A DNA stretch of 64,000 bases from Psilocybe cubensis (taxonomy: Eukaryota), in contig CM039005.1 in NCBI GenBank assembly GCA_017499595.2, positions 682,001-746,000 on the forward strand, given 5' to 3'. Below are positions 13,075 through 24,238 of this stretch, one piece after another. The position numbers were made by a program, and so were the translations under genes. The notes below the pieces were generated by a model. The model had not been told where the DNA came from. It did not search any database and saw only the letters and a list, made by a program, of their open reading frames with translations. Every line of letters begins with the position of its first letter. Within the stretch, counting starts at the first letter, position 1.

Positions 13075-13305
13075 GACTTCTGAGTACGAAGAAATAACAA
13101 ACTGCAATAATTTGGCATCAGAGGAGAACTCTTTAAATTCGCAATATTATCCTAAACATACTCATCTACCTTGCAAAAATTCAAAACTGTAATCTGAAGT
13201 TGAATTGTTCAATGAACAGGTATGTGCAGGTTTTCCGCCTGTTCATACAGTAGCCTATAATATGTGGTACTTAACAGCGCGAGAGAAATGACATTATCTG
13301 CGAAT

Positions 13306-13466
13306 CTATACCATCTCAACACCATTGACTGTACTGCCATCTTGCCATCAAAAGGTAATTCCTGATGTAACGTTGGCCATGTTACCTCTGACACCATCTA
13401 CTCTTCTATTTTTCTCCGACGCAATTCTAGCAACAATTATTATCAGAGACAAGCCCTTGAACAGGA
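13306..13466 (-). pseudogene. Relic last exon of the multi-TM gene (homologous to ~60483-60643)
   Basis: Reverse complement aligns with the GLSPTIIAARIALEK...TVNGIETI* exon; ORF 13209-13397 parallels ORF 60552-60740. Confidence 0.75.
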
Positions 13467-13472
13467 CTCGCT

Positions 13473-14210
13473 ATTGTTGGATTGTGCATTGAATGAATCT
13501 TTTTTTGCTCCGGTTCCATTTAACGTGAACAAACCCAAGCACTCAAAAATCAACAGACCGAGAATATTTTTCTACAACACTTTTTGCACCCAGCCACACA
13601 CAGCCTGGCTCCTGTCTAAAAAAGCAGGCTCCCTCACCAACTGGCATAGCATTCAGGCTGCTGTTCAGGCTACGTGTCAGCAGCTAGCGACACCTGGAAA
13701 TTCTCATTCATCCCAACTGGTTGTCGTAGGATGGCATACGATCCGCTGCTCTCATTAATGTAGGCTAATGCACCGCTCCTCGAAGATCCACGGATTATCG
13801 CTGAAATTCGACATGATCCAATCCACCTTTTTCATGTAATTGCCAAATCTTCGACGCTCAGCGGGGACATCTATCGACCTCAGTTTCTTCCTGTACTACA
13901 ACCCTTTCGGTACAAAGGCTATAAAACATGGGACCCCTCATTTTGGAATATTCTGCCCTCTTTTATCACCAGATCAAATCCTGAGAACACTAGTTCAAAA
14001 TCTTGCCCTCTTGACAGTGTAGAGCTCACAACCTGGGATAAAGACTACAGAAGCAACAAAGAAAACGTCCTAGCATTGATACGCCCTAGCAGGGAAGTCG
14101 TTCATCGTATTTCGCTACTTTCATCTTCATGGACAACGATTCGTCTTATCCACAATGATATTGACATATCGGCTGCCTCAATACGATATCACTCTCCTGA
14201 TATGGCCTAG
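13473..14210 (+). pseudogene. Degraded 3' half of the F-box-like gene (copy B)
   Basis: Aligns to ~11050-11816 with indels and stops; shares the ending ATGGCCTAGTCATAGTAAAAGAAAG. Confidence 0.8.
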
Positions 14211-15253
14211 TCATAGTAAAAGAAAGATTATGAAGTAAAATGGGTAGCGCACCGAGCACACCAATTCTGCGATTCATAAACACGAAAAGTCTGATCTTTA
14301 GACCAGAATATATAGCAGTGGTCTGGAGAAGTGGAAAATGTGAAGCTTAGCGGCAGTTCTAATTGCTATATGAGAAACCAGACGATTTTGAACCCATATT
14401 TCATCGACGTCGGACTCAAATGGTCACCGATATGAAGCTAAATTTATCATGAGTGAGGCCTAGTGAGGCATGGATATGCCGACACCGTTGACGTTTGGTC
14501 CTCTGTATATGGATGTCGCGCCGTTGGCAGTGTTGACCGTTTTGAGAAGGTTGACGCAACATGTAAAGGCAAGAGGTGTTCTGGAAGGACAGCGAACCAC
14601 CATCACTGTCGATCTGAGGCGGAGAAGTCGCCTCCTATTACGTCTGGAAGCCGCAGCAAGGAAAATATAAGGTAACGAGCTTAGGTGCCGTAGTTTACGG
14701 CTTGGTTCTAGGAGGGGCTCACTGTATGCTTCCAAGGCGCCTGGCGAGCGGTAATCTATAGCTGCTGTAAATTGAGGATTCGTTTGGCGTTGAAGACAAA
14801 CGATGTGATGGAATACCTTGCGAGACAACATTCGAAATGATGAACGTTGTTGGAACGAAGCATTTTTGGCACAGAATTGCATAGAACGACCGAAATGTAG
14901 AGATTGAGAATTCTGACCCGTAAGAGCCCCTAAGCAAAGAAATTTCGGCATTCTGAGTCGCTAACCTCGAAGGAGAAGACAAAAGTCGAAGGTTAGATTC
15001 GATTAGGAACCGAATAGAGCGTCGTTTTACCTGTTCAAGTTCACGGAACTACATGATAGGGCATACCACACGCTATAAAAGGCTGGAGGAACACTACTTC
15101 ATTCCCCAGTCTTGACCACAAGTACCCACCGGTGCGTACACATCCACTTTTTAACTTGTTTTAGTGGGCCACCGCGGAGCGTGGCATGACGAGTCTTTAC
15201 GATTCAGCGTCACGCTTTGTAATAATATAATATATATATAATATAATATAAAT

Positions 15254-16227
15254 ATGTCCAACTTTGACGTGGATATCGGTGCAATGGACGAAGTGATATT
15301 CAGACTCCAAGGCATAGTTAGCGACAAGATGCTACCACCAATGGCAAAGCCTGCTTCGTACGTCCACTCCATTGAGGTGAATTAATTACAAATGAGGACT
15401 GTTACAGCCGCGACAGAACGGTCAAGCAACAACCATATTTACGTACCGCCATTGCTATCACGGGACTCGGAGACATTGTGTTCAATAAGGTGATGGAAAA
15501 GCTAGAAGAAGTTTTCCTCCGTTTTGCAAACAATTTTCCCGCGGACAGCGTCAGCGGCTATGACCCAGTTCTTCACAAAGACACGGGTTTCAATGTTTTC
15601 CATGCGCATAGCCAATATTTCACGAAGGTATCCGCATATCAAGACAAATCTGACAACATAGGTTTTCATCCCCTGGTCGACCCTGATAACGTATTGGCGT
15701 CCATGGTAGGGGACAGTTTCATCCACGCAATTGATAACAAGGTACAGTTTCTTCGTCGGGAGATACTTCCTGACGGAACAGCCAGGTATGTTTAGAAAAT
15801 ACCAACAACACATCACAACCAAACTAATTCATGTTGCAACAGATATTATTCTTATAATCCTGCCTCCATACGAATTGGAGACATTGTCGAGATCAGTGTT
15901 GCCTTTGTCGCATTTCCTGCCCAAGGAAACAAGTACAAATTTGTTGTCGCTCTTCGCGGAATACTTGTCTTGGACCAGGAGGCAAGAGAGGTAAGCAATG
16001 TTACATTGAACAGTCTCATAGCCATTCATAACTTCCAACAGAAAGCTGATATTCTTAGAATGCGGTCGCGCTATACTCCAGCAAAAAGACAGGTTGCTGT
16101 TTTGTGTAGGACAAAGAGGCAGCTGTACAAAGGTCAGATTGACATTGAAGACACGCAACAGAGGATGGCACGTATGCGCTTAAATGAGGACACAGTCCAC
16201 AATAGCAATACTATGTCCCAAGATTAA
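15254..16227 (+). CDS. Multi-exon hypothetical cargo protein of the Helitron-like element
   Basis: MSNFDVDIGAMDEVIFRLQGIVSDKMLPP exon, ORF 15478-15795, YNPASIRIGDIVEISVAF...LRGILVLD exon and final exon to 16227, separated by GT-AG introns. Confidence 0.6.
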
Positions 16228-16364
16228 TACATATGTACATAGAAAGACAAGGATATCATAAATGTGCTGAACGAACAATCAATCCATTTGCGTGAACATT
16301 GTAAATAACAAGGAATAATTTGTCAAGTCATTTTCATGACAGAAATTATCTGAAGGTGTTAGTT

Positions 16365-16555
16365 GGCACCCCATGGGAGAATCCTGCGTACACTGTACGC
16401 AGAATATTCCCACACTCGGCTGAATATCGGCGAGGAAGTCCGTGGGAGAATTCTGCGTATACTGTACGCAGAATATTCCCACACTCAGCTGAATATCGGG
16501 AGAGGTTGACCGTGGGAATATTCTGCGTACACTGTACGCAGGATATTCCCACGCT
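16365..16555. repeat. Three ~70-bp tandem units, each with a ~41-bp palindrome; related palindromes at ~18313-18355 and ~18610-18650
   Basis: GTGGGAATATTCTGCGTACA-C-TGTACGCAGGATATTCCCAC and variants. Confidence 0.85.
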
Positions 16556-16633
16556 CATCCGCAAGTCAAACTTACAAATTAAGACAAAAAGAATGAGGAC
16601 AAGAACACAAGTTTATTTCGAACAAAAATTTGA

Positions 16634-19605
16634 CTAAGGATGGAAGAAATTACAAATATCCATTCCACAAGAGGCTTTGTGGTTGAGGGCGATGCAACCA
16701 AAAAATATCTGCCTTTCTGGATAGCAAATACAAAACAGTTGCATGTACACGGTCATCTTTTTGCCTCCATTACAGGAATTAAATTGACAAATACTAAAAC
16801 TAAAGAGCACACACCTTATACCCCTTTCCCAGGATTTGATAGCTTTTTTGACACGCTTGTGTAATTGGTAAACATCTGCCGCTGTGTAGTGAAAATCTAA
16901 TGCGATACCGCTGATGCGACGGACACCAAAATGCAAACAATCAAATTCATTGAGCAACAATGCCCACGAATTGGCTTCAACAAAGGAAGTCTGATTTGCT
17001 TTGGGTAAAAGAGGCAAAGAATAAACCCAACAATGCCTGTCGCCAACCCGTCTAATCCCAGGAGAGAACAACTCTGGATCAGGATCGTAATCCAGCACAA
17101 CGAGAACATGACCACGAGATGAACTATACCCAACATTTACGTTGTCCCTGATAGACTGTATCCTGCTTTGGATATGGCGGTCCATTTTCAAAGTTTGCGA
17201 TGGAATGGAAAGAACAAATTTCAAGCCACGGGAATGATATTTTGCAAGAAATTTTTGCGCGCGCTTGAGGTCGGCAGAAGGTTGCAACAGAGAGACTTGA
17301 TGTCCAAAGGTAGCATTTGGATACAAGCTGTACACCTTCTCAAAGGTAACAAAATTCATGACGCCGGCTGCAGTAGAACAAAATTGAAGTTAACATTGTT
17401 TTGACACATGACATTGGGGACATACTGCTATGATACCCCAAAATGCACTCTACCACCGATTGACAAGTCGTAATCAGTTGGACAAAAGAACCTTGGCACC
17501 ATAGGTTAACGACCACTCCAGTGGTATTGTAATGTCGATGAAGAGGATGTTTCTGAAGGACGATTTTTTCCATTTTCAAAATTTTTTCCGCTGTGGTGTT
17601 GTCCGGATATTTGGGATGCGGCATGATAGTAAATCCAATGGACATCATCCAAGAAAGAACGGGAAGAGCATATCTATGCTTGACATACATGTCCATGTCA
17701 CCCGGAATCCATATATTAGCACGATTGATTACGAAACTTTATGTAAGTAAAGCGAGTTCTTTTATCCCCACAACCCACTGTACAAAAATATGTCCTTGCC
17801 AATTGTCCCCATCAGTAAATCATTGATGCCATCAAAATTGCGTGATTAATACCGGTTTTTTACTTAACTGGTATGCTTGACTTAATAATTGGTTACTATC
17901 ATAGAATTTCTGTTAGTTTTTGTTCCTACCAAGGGGATATGGAAATTAAAATACTAGATATTAGCTAGGTAGATAGGTTAGCTGCCATATGGTAGAAAAC
18001 AAAATTAGATACTATTACATTATGACTTTTTAATTGCAAGTTAAACATTTTGACGCAGATAATCATCGCTCATAACCAAAAATTTTATAATAATGACCTC
18101 ATTCAACTGATTTAAGGCCATTAATTAGTCACAATCAATTACATACCAACTGTTTTGCATGCTTTATACACCTCTAACAGCAAGTAGAGGTAAATAGAAT
18201 GCTTTATTGTTATCAAAAAAAATTTAGCATGAATGACTAGCAGACTGTGGTGGCATAGAATAAAGAATAATAAACATTATGTATCTAGCTATTATCTTTA
18301 ATGCCACTTCAAATAACTTGTCATATTAAACTTGTTGTGCTGTTCATACTGGCCATGAATTAATAAGCAGACTGTGGGAATAACTTGCATATAGTGTATG
18401 CAAGTTATTCTCACGGTTGCCGCACTTTGCATTGAGCAACTTGAACTTCTCTGGTAATTCCTGATATATTACTGAGATGCATTGCATATACTTTAGGTAA
18501 AATACAAGTATTTTTGGCAATAATAATTATTTTCAGTCCTAGTTTAGATGATCTTATTATATTTTACTTGCTGTGGTGTTTGTACTGGCCGTGAATTAAT
18601 AAGCAGGTCGTGGGAATATCCTGCGCACACTGTACGCAGGATATTCCCACGGTCACTACACTCAATTTGCATTGAGCACTGGCCACTTTGGTCAAGAGAT
18701 GGTCATTTTGAATAATGTTTTCCATGCATTGAATGTATTTTGGGGAAGAAATAATGCACTAACACTTGCAAATTATGCTTGAAATATGTTTCCACACAGC
18801 CAATTGTGTTCACAGCAACATCAAACTATGCCAAAAAGAAATATGCGCACCAAACAAATGTTTTTGCACACAATATTGTTTCACTCTTGATGTACTTTTC
18901 AAAAATAAGAAAATTATATTTATGGGAAATATGTCCCCACTTGGGCAGCCATACACATGAGCATTCTTCCATCAGTTTTCCATATGGGATTCTCCCAGCA
19001 GATCTGGAATTCTTCAATATTTAGCAGGTATGAAAATTATAATAGACAAGTTCTTCCTTACAATTAGGCCTTATAACCTGTGCAGCTATTTTTTGTGTCT
19101 GACACAACTAAGCTTGTAGTAGACCTAAGTCATAGTAATTAATCATAACCTTGCCCAGTATCTGGCTGTGCATTCAGAACATATTAATATATATTAACTA
19201 TGTTATATAAATCTAGATTAAAAAATATTTTATACAATTGTGAGATGTAAAGTCTTGTCATGCCACGCTTTGCGTTGGACCACTAAAACAAGTAAAATGC
19301 AAAATGGTGGAACCTGAAATAACCAGGCCAGTCTTGAACTGGAGAAGACGAAACAGCAAATGTTTATTGGGTTTGAAGATAGGAGCAAATAAATTTTTGG
19401 GACAGAAGGCGCGGCGCATATAGCCCGAAATGCGGTCGTTTAGCTCCTTGCAAGTCCAAGAGAAACGGTAGAGGGTTTTCAGATCCATCTGATCCATGTA
19501 CACATCGTCCATGGGAGGCGGAAAGACTCTAAAAAATAAGTAATAACCAAATGAGATAAAACAGTGAACATACTGTTGGAAACGGGGGGATAACGCGGAA
19601 GCCAT
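16634..19605 (-). pseudogene. Hypothetical cargo gene split by the nested element (ISGS...DMDMY motif protein)
   Basis: ...LLQFKTGLVISGSTILHF (ORF 19258-19605) joins INRANIWIPGDMDMYV... (into ORF 17340-17696) when 17729-19292 is removed; further exons lie in ORF 16634-17359. The 3' end is approximate. Confidence 0.65.
17729..19292 (+). mobile_element. Nested AT-rich non-autonomous element of the same Helitron-like family, in the opposite orientation
   Basis: 5' end TTACGAAACTTTATGTAAGTAAAGCGAGTTCTTTTATCCCCACAACCCA matches the reverse complement of 20227-20276. 3' end GTAAAGTCTTGTCATGCCACGC...CCACTAAAACAAG matches the reverse complement of 15155-15200. Inserted between A and T with no TSD. 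Confidence 0.8.
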
Positions 19606-20324
19606 GGGTAAAACAGTATGGAGAAAAGTGCATTGTCTATACTACGTCAATAAATATATTAACCGTAAGCCGATAGACGCCCGACGTAGGGGAAGAACAA
19701 ATTGGTATGCGTGAGAAACGATCATGAATCAGAAAATCAAATTCAAATAGTACAGAACGCCCAAAACCCAAGAACGCGTAATTATTTCTATTTGAACTCT
19801 GATTGATGAAGCTACCGATATCAAGGAACGTGTGTGCCTGCACAGTTCTATTTCCAACCTTTCAGACCCATAGTTCAAAGAGTGCATTTGTTCCATCTCT
19901 AAGTATTAGTACAATATATAAGCACGTTGGCTAGACGGTTCCACATGGTTTTAAAAATTAAACAACAACGCAAAAAAGTGAATTGAGTAGGACTATTGTT
20001 GTTGGGTATAATTAATTTTATGGAAATGCACATTCACATTGCGATCAAAACAAATCAAAAACAACCTTTAAAGTAACCAATGGTAAAAAGAAGTCGTAGA
20101 ATGAATTGGAAAGGGGTTGCTTAGGGGGTCCGGTGACCGCTTAAGGAAAATACCGATAGCGGTAACGACATTGATCGCATCAATAATATTTTGATGGGGA
20201 CAATTGGCGAGGACATTTTTGCTCGCTGGGTTGTGGGGATAAAAGAACTCATCTTTACTTACGTAAAGACTCGTAACTGACCGTTCTGGTGACGATGCTT
20301 CTGACAGATTTGTACGAAGAAAAC

Positions 20325-20624
20325 ATGAAATACTCAGCTATCGTCGCCTCAATTCTTGTATTCGTCTCTGCTACAGCAGCGACAGAAGAAAAACTCCCTT
20401 GTTCACGCGAGTGCAACCTCCGCCCGCCAACTTGTCCCACAGGTTTGGCTCCCGTTGGTGGACCTGGATGCTGGGGAAATGTGAAATGCTGCGACGTTCC
20501 CGATCCCAAGCGCCTAATGATCTGCACGAAGGCATGTTTCCCATCGCCCCCGCAATGTGGAGGGGATTCGTTTGCCTTCGCACCTAGCGAAGGAGGTTGC
20601 TGGAACTGTTGCTCGTACTTGTAA
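20325..20624 (+). CDS. Small secreted cysteine-rich protein (99 aa, 12 Cys, two tandem 6-Cys modules)
   Basis: Signal-peptide-like MKYSAIVASILVFVSATAA, then CSREC..C..CWGNVKCC and CTKAC..C..CWNCC; paralogues at 54027 and 60866. Confidence 0.9.
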   Translation: MKYSAIVASILVFVSATAATEEKLPCSRECNLRPPTCPTGLAPVGGPGCWGNVKCCDVPDPKRLMICTKACFPSPPQCGGDSFAFAPSEGGCWNCCSYL

Positions 20625-20998
20625 TTGTAAAACATTTGTATCAGAGGAGAACTCTTTAAATTCGCAATCAAACATACTCTTTTACTCGCCAAAAATTGCT
20701 GAAATTAAATTATTTGATGAACAGGTATGACCAGACTTCCGTCCTGTTCCCACAGTATGCTATAATATTCCAAAAGATCATGATTACATTGGTCACGGTA
20801 GTGAATTGACCAAGTTGTGGTCAGATGCAGAAAGGATATACGAGGACGTATTGGTATCTCACTTGTAAGCTGTGCCGATGCTAATGTATAGCATGTACAA
20901 TGCTTAGGCTATTACATTGCTGGTGCCAACGAACTTGCAAGAGGCGTAATGCTGCAGAATTCATTCTTGAACCTTTAAAGACCAACATCATATCTCGT

Positions 20999-22227
20999 CT
21001 ATTCACGGGGAAGATCAGGGACAGGAAAGTCCTTCTCCATATGCTCCGTCTAAACGCACCAATCAATGAATCAATACACTCACCCCATTTTAAAAGAAAA
21101 AAAAAACTCTCACATAATATCTAAAATGCACACCCCTCCCAACCCTCGTAATCTCCTCTACCTCCTTCTCCGTCAACAGCCCCGGAGGCAACGACGCAAT
21201 CTCTCCAAGCTTTTTCACCCGCTCCGCATTCCCGCTGGCCGTAACCACCACCACGCCCCTCGCACGCGCCCACAACATCAGCACCGTACTCTTCTCAACC
21301 TGCTTTCCCAGTGCATCCGAGAGCCGGGACGCGATGCGTTGGAGAATGGGTGCGAGCGGTCCCCCGCCGCTTGGGTGACGTAGGAGCGGAGTGAGGGTCC
21401 CGTAGGATGCTGTAACGATGCCGTGGCGCGCGTGTAGATCGAGGAGGGGTTGAAGGTGCGCGAGTGTGTATGGGTGGTACTCGATCTAAGTGTTCAATAT
21501 GAGCATGAGCTCCGGTATAATGCAGCACGACGCGCATACACACGCGCATGTAGACGCGCATATAGACACGCATACACGCGCGCATATAGACGCGCATACA
21601 CGCACACGCACCTGGTTAACAACTGGCGTATACCTCGCGCCCTCTAAAATCTCCTCTAAATCCTGTGGGCGGAAGTTGCTCACGCCTATACTCTTCAACT
21701 TCCCCTGCTCCTTGAAGTCTTCGAGGACGTGCCACAAAGCCTTGAGCTCTCCCGGTCGGGCGACGAAGGGGTTGTGGATGAGGTATAGGTCCGGGATGGA
21801 GCCGAGGCGGTCGAGCGAGGCCTGGATTGACGCGGGTACGGCGGAGAGGGGGAGGGGTGTGTCATTTTCGGTGCATGAGACTGCGAGATTAGGTTAAAGG
21901 GTAAGTACAGCGTCATACCATACCATAGCAGCAGGCGCGCGAGCACAACGCATATACGCAATTAAACAGACGGGAACAAAAGCACTCACTCTTCGACGTC
22001 ACATACACATCCTCCCTTTTCAAACCCGCGAGGCGGATCGCCTCGCCCGTCTCACGTTCATTCTCATACAGCTGTGCGGTATCGATATGGCGCACACCGC
22101 CAGCCAGCGCAAGGTGTCCGCACTCGACTGCGTTGCGTCGCGCACCGCCTGTACCGTTGCCCCATGCAAGCCAGGGGATGGATGTCCCGTCGAGCAGAGG
22201 GAAAGATTCGATGGGTGGGATTGTCAT
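20999..22227 (-). CDS. Aldo-keto reductase, 4 exons
   Basis: IPWLAWGNGT, GVRHIDTAQLYENERETG, VYVTSK, DLYLIHNP, GKLKSIGVSNF, PVVNQ|IEYHP; last exon TEHMEKDFPVPDLPRE*. Confidence 0.92.
21527..21611. repeat. Intronic purine-pyrimidine microsatellite-like repeat (ACGCGCAT/ACAC units)
   Basis: Lies within AKR intron 21486-21611. Confidence 0.8.
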
Positions 22228-23282
22228 AGCTTGTTACTTGATGGTTGTGGAATGTGGGCAAGAGTTGGAACTTGGTTATAATACGGATGTCTACGGTGTG
22301 TTCGGGGGATCCGGCCTATCGACTGGGTAGTAAAGCAGGTATAATGTACCTTACATCCCAATGAAACTTATACCCTGCATTCCCGCAAATAAAGTACCCT
22401 ACATTCCGATGTCTATAATGGGTTATTGGAAGGAAAAATTGTTCTCGGAAGCGCCATTATCTGGGTTAACGGAAATTTTTTCCACTGGCATCATATCAAT
22501 TGAGGCATGAGCATCATTCTCACTCATGTGTTGGAGAGCTTTCTGTTAATGTGCTCATAGAAATTGTGGTGTACGCCTCGATTTTCAGTAGAGTGTAAAG
22601 GTTTGCGGTTGGATTCACTTTAGGATGCCGAACGAAACTTTGGCCCAAGCATCATTTTCATGAACGCGTCAAAGTCTGCGCTAACGATCACTTTGCACGG
22701 GTGACACAAATTGTGGCCTGGAGCTTCATTTTGTCCTAACATGTCAATCTCTCGGTCAAATTTGATTTATTATGCAGATAGAAACTTTGGTGTGAGCATA
22801 TCAAAATTTGGCCAGAGCATTATTTTCATTCATATGTCAAAGTCTGCGATAACACCCATTTTGCAACAAGCGTCACAGAGATTGCAGCTGGAGCATCATT
22901 TTTTCTAGTAACACCTCAAATCTTTCGGTGCAACCCCTTTACTATCCACCCTAAATATTGGTCTGAGCACCATTCATCCTTCAAATACTCAATTTCGCTC
23001 TCAGAATCACTTTCAAACATCTTGGTCTAAGCGTCCGTCATACAGCGGAGGTGGTATCCACATTCAACTTTAGGGTTACGCACAGACCTCAAATTGTTGA
23101 GGACGTCTTTCACTCATTCGGAATCACACATGGTATTATCCATTAACCACAGAACCAGCGAGCAGTTAGAATCCTGCAGAATGTACAAATGCATATTTAA
23201 TACACAGTGATTCAAAATGATTCTTTTGGCACCAATTCTTGAGTTGCCATGATTTGATGCACGGGGTGACGGGCCACATACG

Positions 23283-24016
23283 GGCCACCTTTTGATTGCC
23301 CCGCGAGAAATGGTGCACAGGCCACCTTTTGATTGCCCCGCAAGAAATGGTGCACAGGCCACCTTTTGATTGCCCCGCGAGAAATGGTGCACAGGCCACC
23401 TTTTGATTGCCCCGCGAGAAATGGTGCACAGGCCACCTTTTGATTGCCCCGCGAGAAATGGTGCACAGGCCACCTTTTGATTGCCCCGCAAGAAATGGTG
23501 CACAGGCCACCTTTTGATTGCCCCGCGAGAAATGGTGCACAGGCCACCTTTTGATTGCCCCGCGAGAAATGGTGCACAGGCCACCTTTTGATTGCCCCGC
23601 AAGAAATGGTGCACAGGCCACCTTTTGATTGCCCCGCGAGAAATGGTGCACAGGCCACCTTTTGATTGCCCCGCGAGAAATGGTGCACAGGCCACCTTTT
23701 GATTGCCCCGCAAGAAATGGTGCACAGGCCACCTTTTGATTGCCCCGCGAGAAATGGTGCACAGGCCACCTTTTGATTGCCCCGCGAGAAATGGTGCACA
23801 GGCCACCTTTTGATTGCCCCGCGAGAAATGGTGCACAGGCCACCTTTTGATTGCCCCGCAAGAAATGGTGCACAGGCCACCTTTTGATTGCCCCGCGAGA
23901 AATGGTGCACAGGCCACCTTTTGATTGCCCCGCGAGAAATGGTGCACAGGCCACCTTTTGATTGCCCCGCGAGAAATGGTGCACAGGCCACCTTTTGATT
24001 GCCCCGCGAGAAATGG
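23283..24016. repeat. Minisatellite, ~20 x 37 bp
   Basis: Unit GGCCACCTTTTGATTGCCCCGC(G/A)AGAAATGGTGCACA; A variant in units 2, 6, 9, 12 and 16; no spacers. Confidence 0.97.
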
Positions 24017-24238
24017 CGTACCGGCCATATATTAACCATGTTCCAGAACTGAATCCTCTGCGTCAATTTTTATACTAGCATAAATATAATGCATGTTGAC
24101 CAAAATTCGGCAGCCACACATATTTGTTCTCTCCCCGGATATCCTGTCAAAAATACTCTAAACCATGCATTTGACACATCTGCGGTTTCTGTGGTTGGAG
24201 ACAAACAATGTTGATTTAAATTTTTAACTACAGGCTAA

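Larger units (their letters stand above)
15155..20276 (-). mobile_element. Non-autonomous non-canonical Helitron-like (Helitron2/Helentron-type) element with cargo genes
   Basis: 13-bp asymmetric inverted repeat ACGAGTCTTTACG (15189-15201) / CGTAAAGACTCGT (20262-20274). GC hairpin at 15168-15185 between the sub-TIR and the end, and a TTACG..CGTAA hairpin at the other end. The two flanks join to match the empty paralogous site at ~61200-61220. No Rep/helicase seen. Confidence 0.75.

Noticed and set aside
23283-24016. CRISPR-like array (37-bp repeats)
   Set aside because: Repeats are contiguous with no unique spacers, there are no cas genes, and the context is eukaryotic.
23114-24066. Three long ORFs as RiPP or repeat-peptide precursors
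   Set aside because: All three frames are open only because the 37-bp unit lacks stops; no signal peptide, and the unit length is not a multiple of 3.
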